Assembly: GCA_965238005.1 (NCBI GenBank)
Contig: OZ250165.1
Coordinates: 224,001-288,000 of the forward strand
Length of the DNA stretch: 64,000 bases
From: Longimicrobiales bacterium
Lineage (GTDB): Bacteria > Gemmatimonadota > Gemmatimonadetes > Longimicrobiales > Gaopeijiaceae
Direction: 5' to 3'
Each line of letters starts with the position of its first letter. The stretch's first letter is position 1. Shown here in pieces: positions 24,024 to 33,923 of the stretch. The notes beneath the pieces are model-generated. The model was not told where the DNA came from. It ran no database searches and was given only the letters and a program-made list of their open reading frames with translations. A program made the position numbers and the translations under genes.

Positions 24024-24360
24024 ACCATTAATCATGGTACATGAGGTGGTATTATCAATGGTGCCCATATGCCATTCGTGCCGCCCGTCCACGATGACTT
24101 CTATGGCATGTGGCCTCGAGGTTGAGGGGGACGAGCGAACGCACCAACATACTTCCTCAGGACGAAGAGGGGGATCGGCCAGGGCGGTGCGATCGATGAT
24201 CAGGCCGGGCGCCTGGATCCTCACTGTTCCGTTGAGGGCCAGGTTCGGGAGCATGGCGTTGACTGACACTCCCGTGAGCCAACGGGTCCCAAGCAACCAT
24301 GGAACGGTTCACGCCCGTGGACTATACTAGGATCAGACAGCGCTCTTCACTGGAGGTCCT

Positions 24361-24588
24361 ATGCCCAGTTCACTGCAATCCGTCGAGGCCGCCGCTCTCG
24401 AGTTGAGCCCCGAAGAGCGGGCCCAGCTCGCTCAGCGCCTGTTCGCGAGTCTCCCTCGGGATCCAGAGGTCGAGGCGGCGTGGGACGAGGAGATCAAGCG
24501 TCGCGTCGCCGAGCTAGAAGCGGGAGTGATGGAGACGATTCCGGCCGAGGAGGTCTTTGGCGAGGCTCGCAGCCGGCTGAAGGCGTAG
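24361..24588 (+). CDS. Addiction-module antitoxin component
   Basis: ALELSPEERAQLAQRLFASL...AAWDEEIKRR...IPAEEVF. Confidence 0.85.
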   Translation: MPSSLQSVEAAALELSPEERAQLAQRLFASLPRDPEVEAAWDEEIKRRVAELEAGVMETIPAEEVFGEARSRLKA

Positions 24589-24879
24589 TTGCGAGTTGAA
24601 TTCGCCACTCCGGCGAGTTCGGAGTTCCTAGCGGCGATCGACCTCTACGAGTCACAGGTTCCGGGGATCGGTCGCGAATTCATCGAAGACGTGGAGCAGG
24701 CCGTCCAGCTCGTCGCTGAGTTCCCTTCCATCGGCAGTCCCGCACCGTCAGGTACACGCCGAGCCCATCTGAGGCGGTTCCCCTATGCTCTCGTGTATCA
24801 GGAGACGTCGGAGTCGATCTGGGTCGTTGCGGTTGAGCATCACCGAAGGAGGCCTGGATTCTGGGAGGATCGACTGTAG
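24589..24879 (+). CDS. ParE/RelE-family toxin
   Basis: RRAHLRRFPYALVY...VAVEHHRRRPGFW. Confidence 0.85.
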   Translation: MRVEFATPASSEFLAAIDLYESQVPGIGREFIEDVEQAVQLVAEFPSIGSPAPSGTRRAHLRRFPYALVYQETSESIWVVAVEHHRRRPGFWEDRL

Positions 24880-25019
24880 GGCCCGATTAGCCGAGCAAAT
24901 CATCTCAAGCCTCGATGAGGAAGCCGAGATTGAGCGAGAGTGGCTGGCAGAGGTGGCGGCGACGGGATGCTGAATTGGACACTGGCGACGCGATCCTATT
25001 CGCTGCAGGTGACCTCAGC

Positions 25020-25190
25020 CCTCCGGCTGGGGGTGGACCGTGGGGTCGCTGTAGACCTCGGAGGTGGAGGCCATGAGGAAGCGTCCACCCTTCTCCTTCG
25101 CCAACTCGGGGAGGTTGTGAGTGGCGTAGCTCCCCACCTTGAGGGTGGCCGGGAAGCCGGCGGCGCCGGTGATGAGGAGTGTCTCCTGGT
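25020..25190 (-). pseudogene. Deleted remnant of a second UDP-glucuronate decarboxylase
   Basis: LLITGAAGF joined to [12 protein letters not shown]...[18 protein letters not shown]. Confidence 0.7.
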
Positions 25191-25220
25191 TGTTCGATCG
25201 AGTTCGACGACGGCCTCAGA

Positions 25221-25436
25221 TCAAGCGGGCACCTCGACGTATGCCGAGTAGCTATGAGGCTCCGGCACTTCGTACTCCTCCGCCCTAAGGCCATCCAGGT
25301 GGAATTGGATGGCCCCCCGCATATTGCGCTCGACATCCTCGCGGGTAGCTCCCGTCGAAACGCATCCGGCCAGGTCGGGTGAGTACGCTGAGTAACCCGT
25401 GTCCGTCTCTTCAATGACGATCAGATACTTCTTCAT
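25221..25436 (-). CDS. hicB: HicB antitoxin
   Basis: YSAYSPDLAGCVSTGATREDVERNMRGAIQFHLDGL. Confidence 0.88.
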   Translation of the reverse strand: MKKYLIVIEETDTGYSAYSPDLAGCVSTGATREDVERNMRGAIQFHLDGLRAEEYEVPEPHSYSAYVEVPA

Positions 25437-25590
25437 GCCTTGAGTCCCGCCTGCTTGAGGATGCTATTCAGGGTACCCGGAGCAAGCTCGTCGTTCATCG
25501 TCCCCGGTACCGTCACGAGGCCCTTCTTCTCACGGTGCTTGTATTGATGATGACTGCCCCGGGTTCGCGCCAGTACCAGCCGTCCTGGGA
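25433..25590 (-). pseudogene. hicA: HicA toxin, 5'-truncated
   Basis: RTRGSHHQYKH..KKGLVTVPG...LAPGTLNSILKQAGL; N-terminal helix missing. Confidence 0.8.
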
Positions 25591-26018
25591 TCAGCGCCGA
25601 AGACTTGGTGCGGCTTCTGTGATGGGCTCCTCGTCGCGTGGGCGAAGGAACGGTTCGGTCCGGCACATCCCGTAACACCCGGTTCCCGCACGGCCCTCAG
25701 GTGCGCCTGCGCGCTTGAGCAAGCAGTCCTTACAATTAACGACGTGCCGGCCCTTCGGGACCTACGTGGCTGCGCGATTCCGGTCGGGAACCGATTGGCC
25801 CGTTACGCGACGTTTGACCCCCCTGGTGGGGGCGTCAGATTCCGTCTATGGTCAAGGTGGTAGATCGCCTCATAAGGCCGGCCACCCGTGGTACCTCTCC
25901 CGCGGCCATGCACCGCTGGGACGAGCCGTCCAGCGAAGGCCTGCGGGCGTACCCGCAGGACCATGGTCTGGGTACACCGAGTCGGTGAGTGCCTCCAAAT
26001 GGGAGATGGCGATGGTGG

Positions 26019-26299
26019 TTAGTCGAAGAGGTCGGAGTGGGTACCCGTTCGCTCAAACGTGATCGTGTCGTCAACGATGCGATAGATCAGGACCCAGCCG
26101 GGGCGGATGTGACAGTCACGGTGTCCCTTCCATTCGCCAGACAACTGGTAATCGCGATGGCGTTCGCCAAGGGGCTACCGGCGATCAGAGATTCCATCAC
26201 CGTCCTGACTTCCATCATGTCGTACCCGCGCTTCCTGCACCTCCTGTAATCGCGCTTGAACTGAGCAGTCCGTGCGGTCCGAAGCGGACCCTTGGCCAT
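26019..26299 (-). pseudogene. yafQ: YafQ-family toxin, frameshifted
   Basis: TAQFKRDYRR then, in another frame, LSGEWKGHRDCHIRPGWVLIY...RTGTHSDLFD. Confidence 0.8.
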
Positions 26300-26301
26300 C
26301 C

Positions 26302-26541
26302 TCAGTTCTCGAGATCTTCAAACAGCTCTTCGGCGGATTCGAATTCCCGCACGTTCCGCCCAGCGTCCGCGTCTCGAAGCGTTTCCGCAGTGCGCGCGTT
26401 GGGCGCGACAAGCACACGCGGTTCGAGGACGATCTTTCCGTCCTCGAATTCTCGAACATGGTAGTGGTCGTACTCGGCCTCCCGAATCGTGAGCCGCTTC
26501 CGGGAGTCCAGCTTCGCGTCGTATTCCCTCACCGCACCCAT
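26302..26541 (-). CDS. Antitoxin with AbrB-like N-terminus and RelB/DinJ-like C-terminus
   Basis: AKLDSRKRLTIR...PNARTAETLRDA...FESAEELFEDLE; directly upstream of yafQ. Confidence 0.7.
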   Translation of the reverse strand: MGAVREYDAKLDSRKRLTIREAEYDHYHVREFEDGKIVLEPRVLVAPNARTAETLRDADAGRNVREFESAEELFEDLEN

Positions 26542-26599
26542 GCTTCCCCCTTGGTGTGGGTATTCCCATCTGGAACTTCACCCCCAGCCTCGGGGAGCG

Positions 26600-26701
26600 C
26601 AAGAGATGGGTCAACCGCAAGTAGCGGGCGTCGCCGCAGAGATCCAGGCCGCCGGGCCATTCGACGCTGCCGTGCTCTCCAATCCGAACCGCCTCTACCA
26701 C
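26600..26701 (-). pseudogene. DUF2442-like remnant
   Basis: VRIGEHGSVEWPGGLDLCGDARY. Confidence 0.5.
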
Positions 26702-26789
26702 CGAGGTCAGAAAGATCGACCGCGCCCTCAGAGCCGTCCTCGAACCGATGGGACGGGGGCCATCAGCGCATCACCCTACTTCCGCCGTG

Positions 26790-27280
26790 TACCGCTGTCG
26801 ACGCCCAGAACCACGCGATCGGGCTTCATGAAGTCGTCGACGGCCGCCCCCTCCTTGAGAAACTCGGGGTTGGAGCAGACGTGGACCTTGTGGTCCGTCT
26901 CCGCCTCGATGGCTTCGCGAACCTTCGCCGCGGTCCCCACTGGCACCGTGCTCTTGGTGATGACGATCTTCTCGCCGTTCATGGCCCGGCCGATGGTCCG
27001 GGCCGCATCGAGCACATGCTGGAGGTCAGCGGAGCCGTCCTCGTCGGGGGGCGTGCCCACGGCAATGAAGATGATCTCGGAGGCCCGGACGGCCTCTGGG
27101 ATGTCGGTGGTGAAGGTGAGGCGGCCGGAGCGGAGGTTCCGCTCCACCAGGGGCTCGAGGCCCGGCTCGTATATGGGATCTCGCCGGCGTTCAGGCGGGC
27201 GATTTTGCCGTCGATGATGTCGGCGCAGATGACGTCGTTGCCGGCCTCGGCCAGGCAGGCACCGGCTACGAGGCCGACGA
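26790..27280 (-). pseudogene. ugd: ugd 5' fragment, frameshifted
   Basis: [14 protein letters not shown]...[10 protein letters not shown]; high identity to about 20210-20695. Confidence 0.9.
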
Positions 27281-27359
27281 TCCTCTCCGTCGTGACGGCC
27301 AGCGAGCTCCTCCACGGCGGGGAACAGCCTCGAGGAGGCCGGGAAGATCGCCCAGCCGA

Positions 27360-27649
27360 CCACCCGATCCACTTCCTCGGTCTCGATCCAGCGATAGATG
27401 GTGCGTCGGCCAAAGCCCAGTTCACGGGCGATGGCCGCCTAATGCCTTCTTCGAGATAGTGTCTGAGCAACACGTGCTTCTCCCTTCCATACATCGCGCC
27501 TCCGACGTGTGAGTGAAGTCGCGAAGGTTGGGTGATCGGCCGCGAGGACGCCCAGCTAGTAGAGCACACGGCCCTCCAGCCCAAGCTACAGGACCGCCGA
27601 GTGTGAGATTTCGTCCGCCACTTCTGTGCAGTTTTGGGCCCCTCTAACA
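27360..27649 (-). mobile_element. IS21-family left-end remnant
   Basis: MYGREKHVLLRHYLEEG / [19 protein letters not shown]; terminus TGTTAGAGGGGCCCAAAACTGCAC. Confidence 0.6.
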
Positions 27650-27685
27650 CACGGAAGGCTTGGGGCGAACAGAGCTGGATGAGCG

Positions 27686-28474
27686 TCACTGGGCCACGAC
27701 ATAGCCCAGGACGTGATTCAGAATGCCGAGGAATTCACGAGCTACCAGCAACACGTCCCGTCGATGCCGCCACCAATCTGATGGATCGAAGGGATCACGC
27801 GTGGCCGCGCGGACGACCCCCGGCGGACCCCCGTTTGCCACCCGATTCCAGATCAATCGAACCCGACGCGTATGGACCTTCGAGGTGACGAGTATCACTG
27901 GGAGGGTATCCCGGGCCAGAGCCCGCGCCGCGACCTTAAGTTCCTCGAACGTGCCACCCCGAAAACGCTCCTCGGGCACCACGATGGCCGAGTCAGGAAT
28001 CCCGAGTCGTACGAGAACCTCACGCGTTCTCACCATTGACTCAGCGAGCTCAACACCCAGTTCTCGCAGCATCTGCTGTTGCTCCGAGAAGCCTACTTGT
28101 ATGAGCATGAGATTAGGGGCCCATCCTGCGTGATATATCCTGGCCGCCTCGATCTCTCGGACCGGCAGATCCCCACCAAGGACGATGATGGTCGAAGCGG
28201 ATCGTAGAGGATCCTCCACGATCAGGAACGCCGCGGCAGTCCTGAGAGCGGGCCTCCAGCCGAGGATGATGATTAGGACCACTCCGAACACACCGCCTGC
28301 CCAACGCGCCAATCGGCCGCGATTCTTCCCCGCGTGCGCCGGGATCGCCTTCGGCTCCCCTTGCCGGATCGTCTCACTCACGTCGCCGCTCCCCTCACAA
28401 CTGGATCGACCGATCTCGACCGCACCGACAAGCCCTGATCGCCGAAGAATCCGTAGCGGCGAAGGTAGTAGCAT
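27686..28474 (-). CDS. YdcF/DUF218-family membrane protein; start uncertain
   Basis: TM segment, IIVLGG, GTFEE, ILVTSKVHTRR, WW...REF. Confidence 0.8.
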   Translation of the reverse strand: MLLPSPLRILRRSGLVGAVEIGRSSCEGSGDVSETIRQGEPKAIPAHAGKNRGRLARWAGGVFGVVLIIILGWRPALRTAAAFLIVEDPLRSASTIIVLGGDLPVREIEAARIYHAGWAPNLMLIQVGFSEQQQMLRELGVELAESMVRTREVLVRLGIPDSAIVVPEERFRGGTFEELKVAARALARDTLPVILVTSKVHTRRVRLIWNRVANGGPPGVVRAATRDPFDPSDWWRHRRDVLLVAREFLGILNHVLGYVVAQ

Positions 28475-28805
28475 TTCCGTCGAACTCGGGCAGGAACTTC
28501 TCGACGATCAGGTGACGATTCTGAAAGACAGTCTTTCTTGGATCGCAGGACAAGGTATTGGCTGAGGGTCCACAACGGTCGAACAGGAAGCGAGCACCGT
28601 TGATGATTCGACGATGCACGGGTTGGCCGAGGAAAAGGATTGACTCGGGCATACCCCCGGAGTTGTTGTCCGTCTTGAGGATAACGGATCCGGCGTAGTC
28701 GCCTTCCGACGACACCAGATTGCAACTGAAGGAGGACTTCCGGATATCCGAATGTTGCCGTGCCGCACCAGGGCCCGGACGTACTCGGGCGGTGGGACAG
28801 AGACA

Positions 28806-29284
28806 TCAGTCGTCGACCGCCGCCCCTTCCTTGAGAAACTCGGGATTGGAGCAGACGTGGATCTTGTGGTCCGTCTCCGCCTCGATGACCTCGCGAACCT
28901 TCGCCGCCGTCCCCACCGGAACCGTGCTCTTGGTGATGACGATCTTCTCGCCGTTCATCGCCCGGCCTATTGTCCGAGCGGCGTCGGGACGTGCTGGAGA
29001 TCCGCCGAGCCGTCCTCGTCGGGGGGCGTGCCCACTGCGATGAAGATGATCTCGGAGGCCCGGACGGCCTCTGGGATGTCGGTCGTGAAGGTGAGGCGGC
29101 CCGATCGGAGGTTCCGCTCCACCAGGGGCTCGAGGCCCGGCTCGTATATGGGGATCTCGCCGGCGTTCAGGCGGGCGATCTTGTCCTCGATGATGTCGGC
29201 GCAGATGACGTCGTTGCCGGTCTCGGCGAGGCAGGCGCCGGCTACGAGGCCGACGTATCCTGTTCCGATGAGTGCTACGTGTAT
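28806..29284 (-). pseudogene. ugd: ugd 5' fragment (start codon ATA, frameshift, ends AAVDD)
   Basis: High identity to the 5' part of ugd; directly downstream of wecB. Confidence 0.9.
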
Positions 29285-29500
29285 GCGAGATCGGGGTTGG
29301 AAGGGACGAGGGGCAGAATGAATGGAGTCGGCCGGAGGACAGTCGAATGAGTCCCCTGCCGCAGTAGTCTATCGCAAACGGGGCGGAAGTGCACTCGGCG
29401 CCGGACTGGAGTGGAACTGGATGACGCCACACGACGGCCGACCGTTACCAGTCCTGACTTCTCAGCGTGCCTAGACGGGCGCGATGGCTTCCCGCGCCCC

Positions 29501-30607
29501 TCACCTCCGACCATCGGTCCAGGCATCGAACACGCCGACGATGCGACCGGCAGCGGCACCGTCCCAGCCCTCGGGCCTTCGGGCTTCCGGCCGGGCGTCT
29601 CTTGTCTCCCGGAAGGCTTCGAGGATGGCGGACCTGCTTCGGTCCGGAACTAGGCGGTTCGTACCCTGTTCGACGGTGACAGGCCGTTCCGTGCACGGCC
29701 GGAGTGTGAGGCACGGCACACCCAAGACGGTGGTCTCTTCCTGGATCCCGCCAGAGTCGGTGAGGACGACGGCGGCCGATTCCATGAGCGAAAGCAGTTC
29801 GAGGTAACCCAGGGGCTTCGTGACCGTCACGCCTGAGGGACTCAGACCGAACGCCTCGCTTCGCTCCTTGGTCCGCGGGTGCATGGGAAATAGCACCGGC
29901 ATCTCGGCCGCGATCACCTCCAGAGCGCTGAAGATCTCGCCGAGCTGGTCACGGTCGTCAACGTTCCGCGGCCGATGGAGCGTGACGACGGCGTAGCCAT
30001 CTTCCTTCACGTCGAAGCGGCGGTGCGCCTCGATCTCCCGGGCGCGATCCACCAGCGAGAGAAGCGTATCGATCATCACGTTCCCCACGAAGTGGATCCG
30101 CTCCGCCGGCACGCCTTCGGCCAGGAGGTTCTCGTCGGCATCCCGGCTCGGCGTAAGCAGGATCTCCGCGACGCGATCTGTGAGCACGCGGTTGATCTCC
30201 TCAGGCATGGCTAGGTCGCGACTCCTGAGCCCGGCCTCCACGTGGGCGACCGGGACGCCCATCTTCACCGCCGTCACGGTGGCAGCCAGCGTCGAGTTCA
30301 CGTCCCCGACTACGACGACCAGCTCCGGTCGGACGTCGCGCAACACGGGCTCCAGAGCAGTCATGACCCCGGCTGTCTGCGTCGCGTGGGTGCCGGATCC
30401 CACGCCCAGGTTGATGTCGGGCGTCGGGATACCGAGCTCCGAGAAGAACGCCTTCGACATGACCTCGTCGTAGTGCTGGCCAGTATGGACCAAGGTGTTC
30501 CGGTATCCGCCACGCCCCTCCATCTCCCTGAGCAGGGGAGCGATCTTCATGAAGTTGGGGCGGGCGCCCACGACGTGGAGGACAGACGTGGCGCCGCTCC
30601 AGCTCAT
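29501..30607 (-). CDS. wecB: UDP-N-acetylglucosamine 2-epimerase
   Basis: GARPNFMK, HTGQHYD, GDVNST, HVEAGLRS, TDSGGIQEE. Confidence 0.95.
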   Translation of the reverse strand: MSWSGATSVLHVVGARPNFMKIAPLLREMEGRGGYRNTLVHTGQHYDEVMSKAFFSELGIPTPDINLGVGSGTHATQTAGVMTALEPVLRDVRPELVVVVGDVNSTLAATVTAVKMGVPVAHVEAGLRSRDLAMPEEINRVLTDRVAEILLTPSRDADENLLAEGVPAERIHFVGNVMIDTLLSLVDRAREIEAHRRFDVKEDGYAVVTLHRPRNVDDRDQLGEIFSALEVIAAEMPVLFPMHPRTKERSEAFGLSPSGVTVTKPLGYLELLSLMESAAVVLTDSGGIQEETTVLGVPCLTLRPCTERPVTVEQGTNRLVPDRSRSAILEAFRETRDARPEARRPEGWDGAAAGRIVGVFDAWTDGRR

Positions 30608-32838
30608 GCCCCGTCCTTCGCCGCATGGGCGTCAATGAACGCTCCAGCATCGATACCCACGGGTTCCCCGGTCTTCAGCGAATCGAGAGCCCCGAACGTG
30701 GCGAGGCTCGTCGCCACGAGAGATTCGAAGGAGATCGGCGGTGTGCCGCCCGACGCCAGCACGCCTAGGAGCGCCTCCCACTCCCCCCGATAACCCTTGT
30801 CCTGCCTCAACCGCTCGCGGACAACCGTCCGTTTCCCTCCCTCGTAGAGCGCGAGAGTGCGGAAGTCCTCCAGCACCGCGGAGGTGCTGCCACAGAACAC
30901 CTCACAACGCTCCTTGCCCAGGCCCCGGTCCCCACTCGCCACGTAGGTGACCGTGCCCACGGAGCCATCCTGGAAGTCCAGGGTCATCGTAATGTTGTCA
31001 CCGCGAAAGAACCCTCGGTCGGGTGGACCAGTCGCGTGGACGCGGACAGGCAGCGAGTCGGTGAGAAACGAGAGGAAGTCGATGAAGTGACAAGCTTCTC
31101 CGACGATGCGCCCGCCGCCGACCTCCGGATCATGCACCCAGTGCTCGGCCGGGATGTGACCCGCGTTGACGCGGTAGTGGGCCATCAGAGGCCCGATGGA
31201 CCGCGACAGGAAGTCTGCAAGCCTGATGGCCATGGGAGCGAAGCGGCGATTGTAGCCGACCAGCAGCAGCCGACCGGCGTCGGCCGCCTCCAACGCGGGG
31301 GATACCAGATCGGCAAGCTCGACCTGATTGAGGCAGAGCGGCTTCTCACAGAAGACGTGCTTTCCTGCTCCCAACGCTTGCGCGACCTGTCGTGCGTGTA
31401 GGTTATGCCGCGTGGCGATCGCCACGAGATCGATGTTAGGCGCCTCCACAATGGCCGATTCCTCCGTGGTGGCGAGCCCGAACCCGAACCTGCTAGCGGC
31501 ATGGTGAGCCGACGGCCCAGTGGCAGAGCAAATGCTGACAAGCTCGATGCGTCCACCGGGAGCGGCAGACTTTAGGGCCGGGATCAGCGTTCCGACAGCG
31601 AAGTTGCCCGCGCCCAGAAACCCGACACCCATTGCGTCGGCGCCGTCGGACCTCGGCTCGATCGGGCGGAGCTGGATCGAGCGAAGCCAATCCGAGCCCT
31701 CGACCGGCCCTTGCGGGTAAGTGACCAGGATCCCGAGCGACGGACCGGCTCTCCCGGTGAGGAGCTCGTAGGCTTCTTCGCCTCTGTCGATGGGGATCCT
31801 GTGCGTGACGAGAGGGTCGACCTGGACGGTTCCTCGCGCCAGCATCTCCAAGAAAGCTTCCATGTTCCGGTTCTCGGTCCATCGGACGAACCCCACCGGA
31901 TAGTCCACGCCCCCCTCCTCGTAGAGCGGGTCGTAGCGGCCCGGGCCGTAAGAGCGGGAGATCCGGAAGGAGAGCTCCTTTCCGTAATAGGTGGGCCGGG
32001 GGACCCGCAACCCGACGGCACCCACCACCACCACCCGACCCCGATCGCGGCAGATCTCCCCGGCCAGCTCCACCGGTTCGTTGCTGGAGGTGGCAGCCGT
32101 CAGCAGCACCGCGTCCACGCCCCGCCCTCCGCTGAAGGTCATGGCAGCCGAGATCGGATCTTCGCGATCGGCGCCGGATTCGATCGCGACGTCCACCCCG
32201 AGGTCTCGTGCGAGGGCAACCCGCGACGCATCCACGTCAATGCCAATCACACGGCACCCCGCTGCCCGGGCCATCTGGACAGTGAGGAGCCCGATCAGGC
32301 CGAGCCCGACGACCGCGACGGACTCACCGAGCTGCACATCCGCGAGCCGAATGCCCTGGAGCCCAACGGCACCAACCGTCGTGAACGCCGCCGCCTCCAG
32401 AGACACACCATCGGGCAGGGGCGTCACCAGGTTCCTCGGCACTGAGATGATCTCGGCGTGCGACGCGTATCCGGCACCCGCGCAGGCCACCTGGTCCCCG
32501 GCGCGGACGCCTTCGACACCGTCCCCCACTTCCAGGACACGGCCAGCGGCGGAGTATCCCAACGCAAGGGGCTGTCGAAGCCGACTTCGGGCGGCCTCCC
32601 ATGCGCTCCGCGGACCATCCGCCCAGGCCTTAGCCACAACCTTCTTCACGAGGTCCGGCCGGGCTCGGGCCTTTTGGAGGAGGCTCTTCTTGGAGAACTC
32701 GACGGTCTTGCGCTCCGTCCCCGCCGACACTAGCGACGCGGCGTTGCGGACCAGCACGAACCCCGGGCCAACCTGCGGCGCCGGAACGTCCTCCACCCGG
32801 GGCTCGCCGGTGTCGGCGGATTGAAGCAGTTGCTTCAC
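30604..32838 (-). CDS. Bi-domain oxidoreductase (Zn-ADH-like plus Gfo/Idh/MocA)
   Basis: SAGTE, SRSYGPGRYD, WTENRN, GAGNFA, FCEKPL, GYNRRF. Confidence 0.9.
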   Translation of the reverse strand: MKQLLQSADTGEPRVEDVPAPQVGPGFVLVRNAASLVSAGTERKTVEFSKKSLLQKARARPDLVKKVVAKAWADGPRSAWEAARSRLRQPLALGYSAAGRVLEVGDGVEGVRAGDQVACAGAGYASHAEIISVPRNLVTPLPDGVSLEAAAFTTVGAVGLQGIRLADVQLGESVAVVGLGLIGLLTVQMARAAGCRVIGIDVDASRVALARDLGVDVAIESGADREDPISAAMTFSGGRGVDAVLLTAATSSNEPVELAGEICRDRGRVVVVGAVGLRVPRPTYYGKELSFRISRSYGPGRYDPLYEEGGVDYPVGFVRWTENRNMEAFLEMLARGTVQVDPLVTHRIPIDRGEEAYELLTGRAGPSLGILVTYPQGPVEGSDWLRSIQLRPIEPRSDGADAMGVGFLGAGNFAVGTLIPALKSAAPGGRIELVSICSATGPSAHHAASRFGFGLATTEESAIVEAPNIDLVAIATRHNLHARQVAQALGAGKHVFCEKPLCLNQVELADLVSPALEAADAGRLLLVGYNRRFAPMAIRLADFLSRSIGPLMAHYRVNAGHIPAEHWVHDPEVGGGRIVGEACHFIDFLSFLTDSLPVRVHATGPPDRGFFRGDNITMTLDFQDGSVGTVTYVASGDRGLGKERCEVFCGSTSAVLEDFRTLALYEGGKRTVVRERLRQDKGYRGEWEALLGVLASGGTPPISFESLVATSLATFGALDSLKTGEPVGIDAGAFIDAHAAKDGA

Positions 32839-33923
32839 TTCCCGTAGCCTTCTGGAAGCCCTCGCGAGGCCGTGCTGCCCGCGCGAACCCCCGGGGTCAG
32901 TAGGTGGATTTCGTCGTCGGAGTTCTTAGGGATCCAAAGCTGTGCGAGCAGTTGTCTGACCGACACTTCGACGAAGTGTTTCACATCGGCGCTACATACC
33001 AAGGAGCTCATTCGATCATACCCTTCAACGGGTGCACTTTCATCAAGTGTTGAATGACGGGGAAAGCTCAAACTCGAACGCCGGGGGGACAAACGTATCT
33101 AGTGGACGCGCGATTTCAAGTGGCCTGCCTGGGGGCGATACCCCTTGAGCTTGCGGACATCTCAGTTTGGCACTCGTGTTCCACAGCCCCCATGTCTCAT
33201 GCGGGAAATGGACCTGAAGCCACCGCGAAACGTATGAACCCCGTCACAGAACCCTCGAATCCGTTCTTTCATCGTCGAAGCTGCCCTCGGGTCTTCCACA
33301 CGCCTTGACGCCAGCCCTTTCAATCAGTTCCTGTCGGAAACCCAAAGCGTTACTGAGGCCCCTCCTCAACTCCGATCCGGACCTAGAAGATCGCTGGGAG
33401 GGACGGCTCGCCGCCCACTCAAGCCTCTCGGGCATGGACTTGGCGAATAGTCGGCCGACAGGTCCACACTGCTCACGCGGCCGGATCCGGCTCTAGCACT
33501 CGACGGCGAGTGGAACAGGCTCGTCCAAGAGCTAGAACGGGGCCGGGCGCGGCGCGAGGTAGTGGCTCAGTCACTCGACTATGCGACCTAGGTCGTGTGC
33601 CACCTCGCCCGGCCTCCCTTCGCCCCTCGAGCGCCTGACCCTGTTCGTGCCTCCGCCTCGTGTCCACCGCTCGCACTAACGCCCGGCTTCGGGCCCCACG
33701 AGTTCGAAAAGTGAAGGTTCGCCTTGACCTAACAGGCCAGACGGGCTTAGCCATTCGGCCACGTCGATCCGCCCATCCGCACATCCCCCCTTCGCGCCAC
33801 GCCATCCGAGGTCCTGGACACGTCCCTCTGGCCGGCGGCGCCAACCTTTGTTGCATGGCCCACTCGAGTGATGCCATATATATGGACTCAACATCCGTGT
33901 GGGGAGCCCAAGAAGACCCGATC

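Larger units (their letters stand above)
21050..24087. repeat. Direct segmental duplication of coiled-coil + VapC + AbrB (about 21050-22392 and 22650-24087)
   Basis: Long near-identical stretches with scattered substitutions. Confidence 0.9.

Noticed and set aside
32840..33920. ~1 kb region between divergent operons with several short ORFs
   Set aside because: No recognisable protein motif or RNA structure that I can support.
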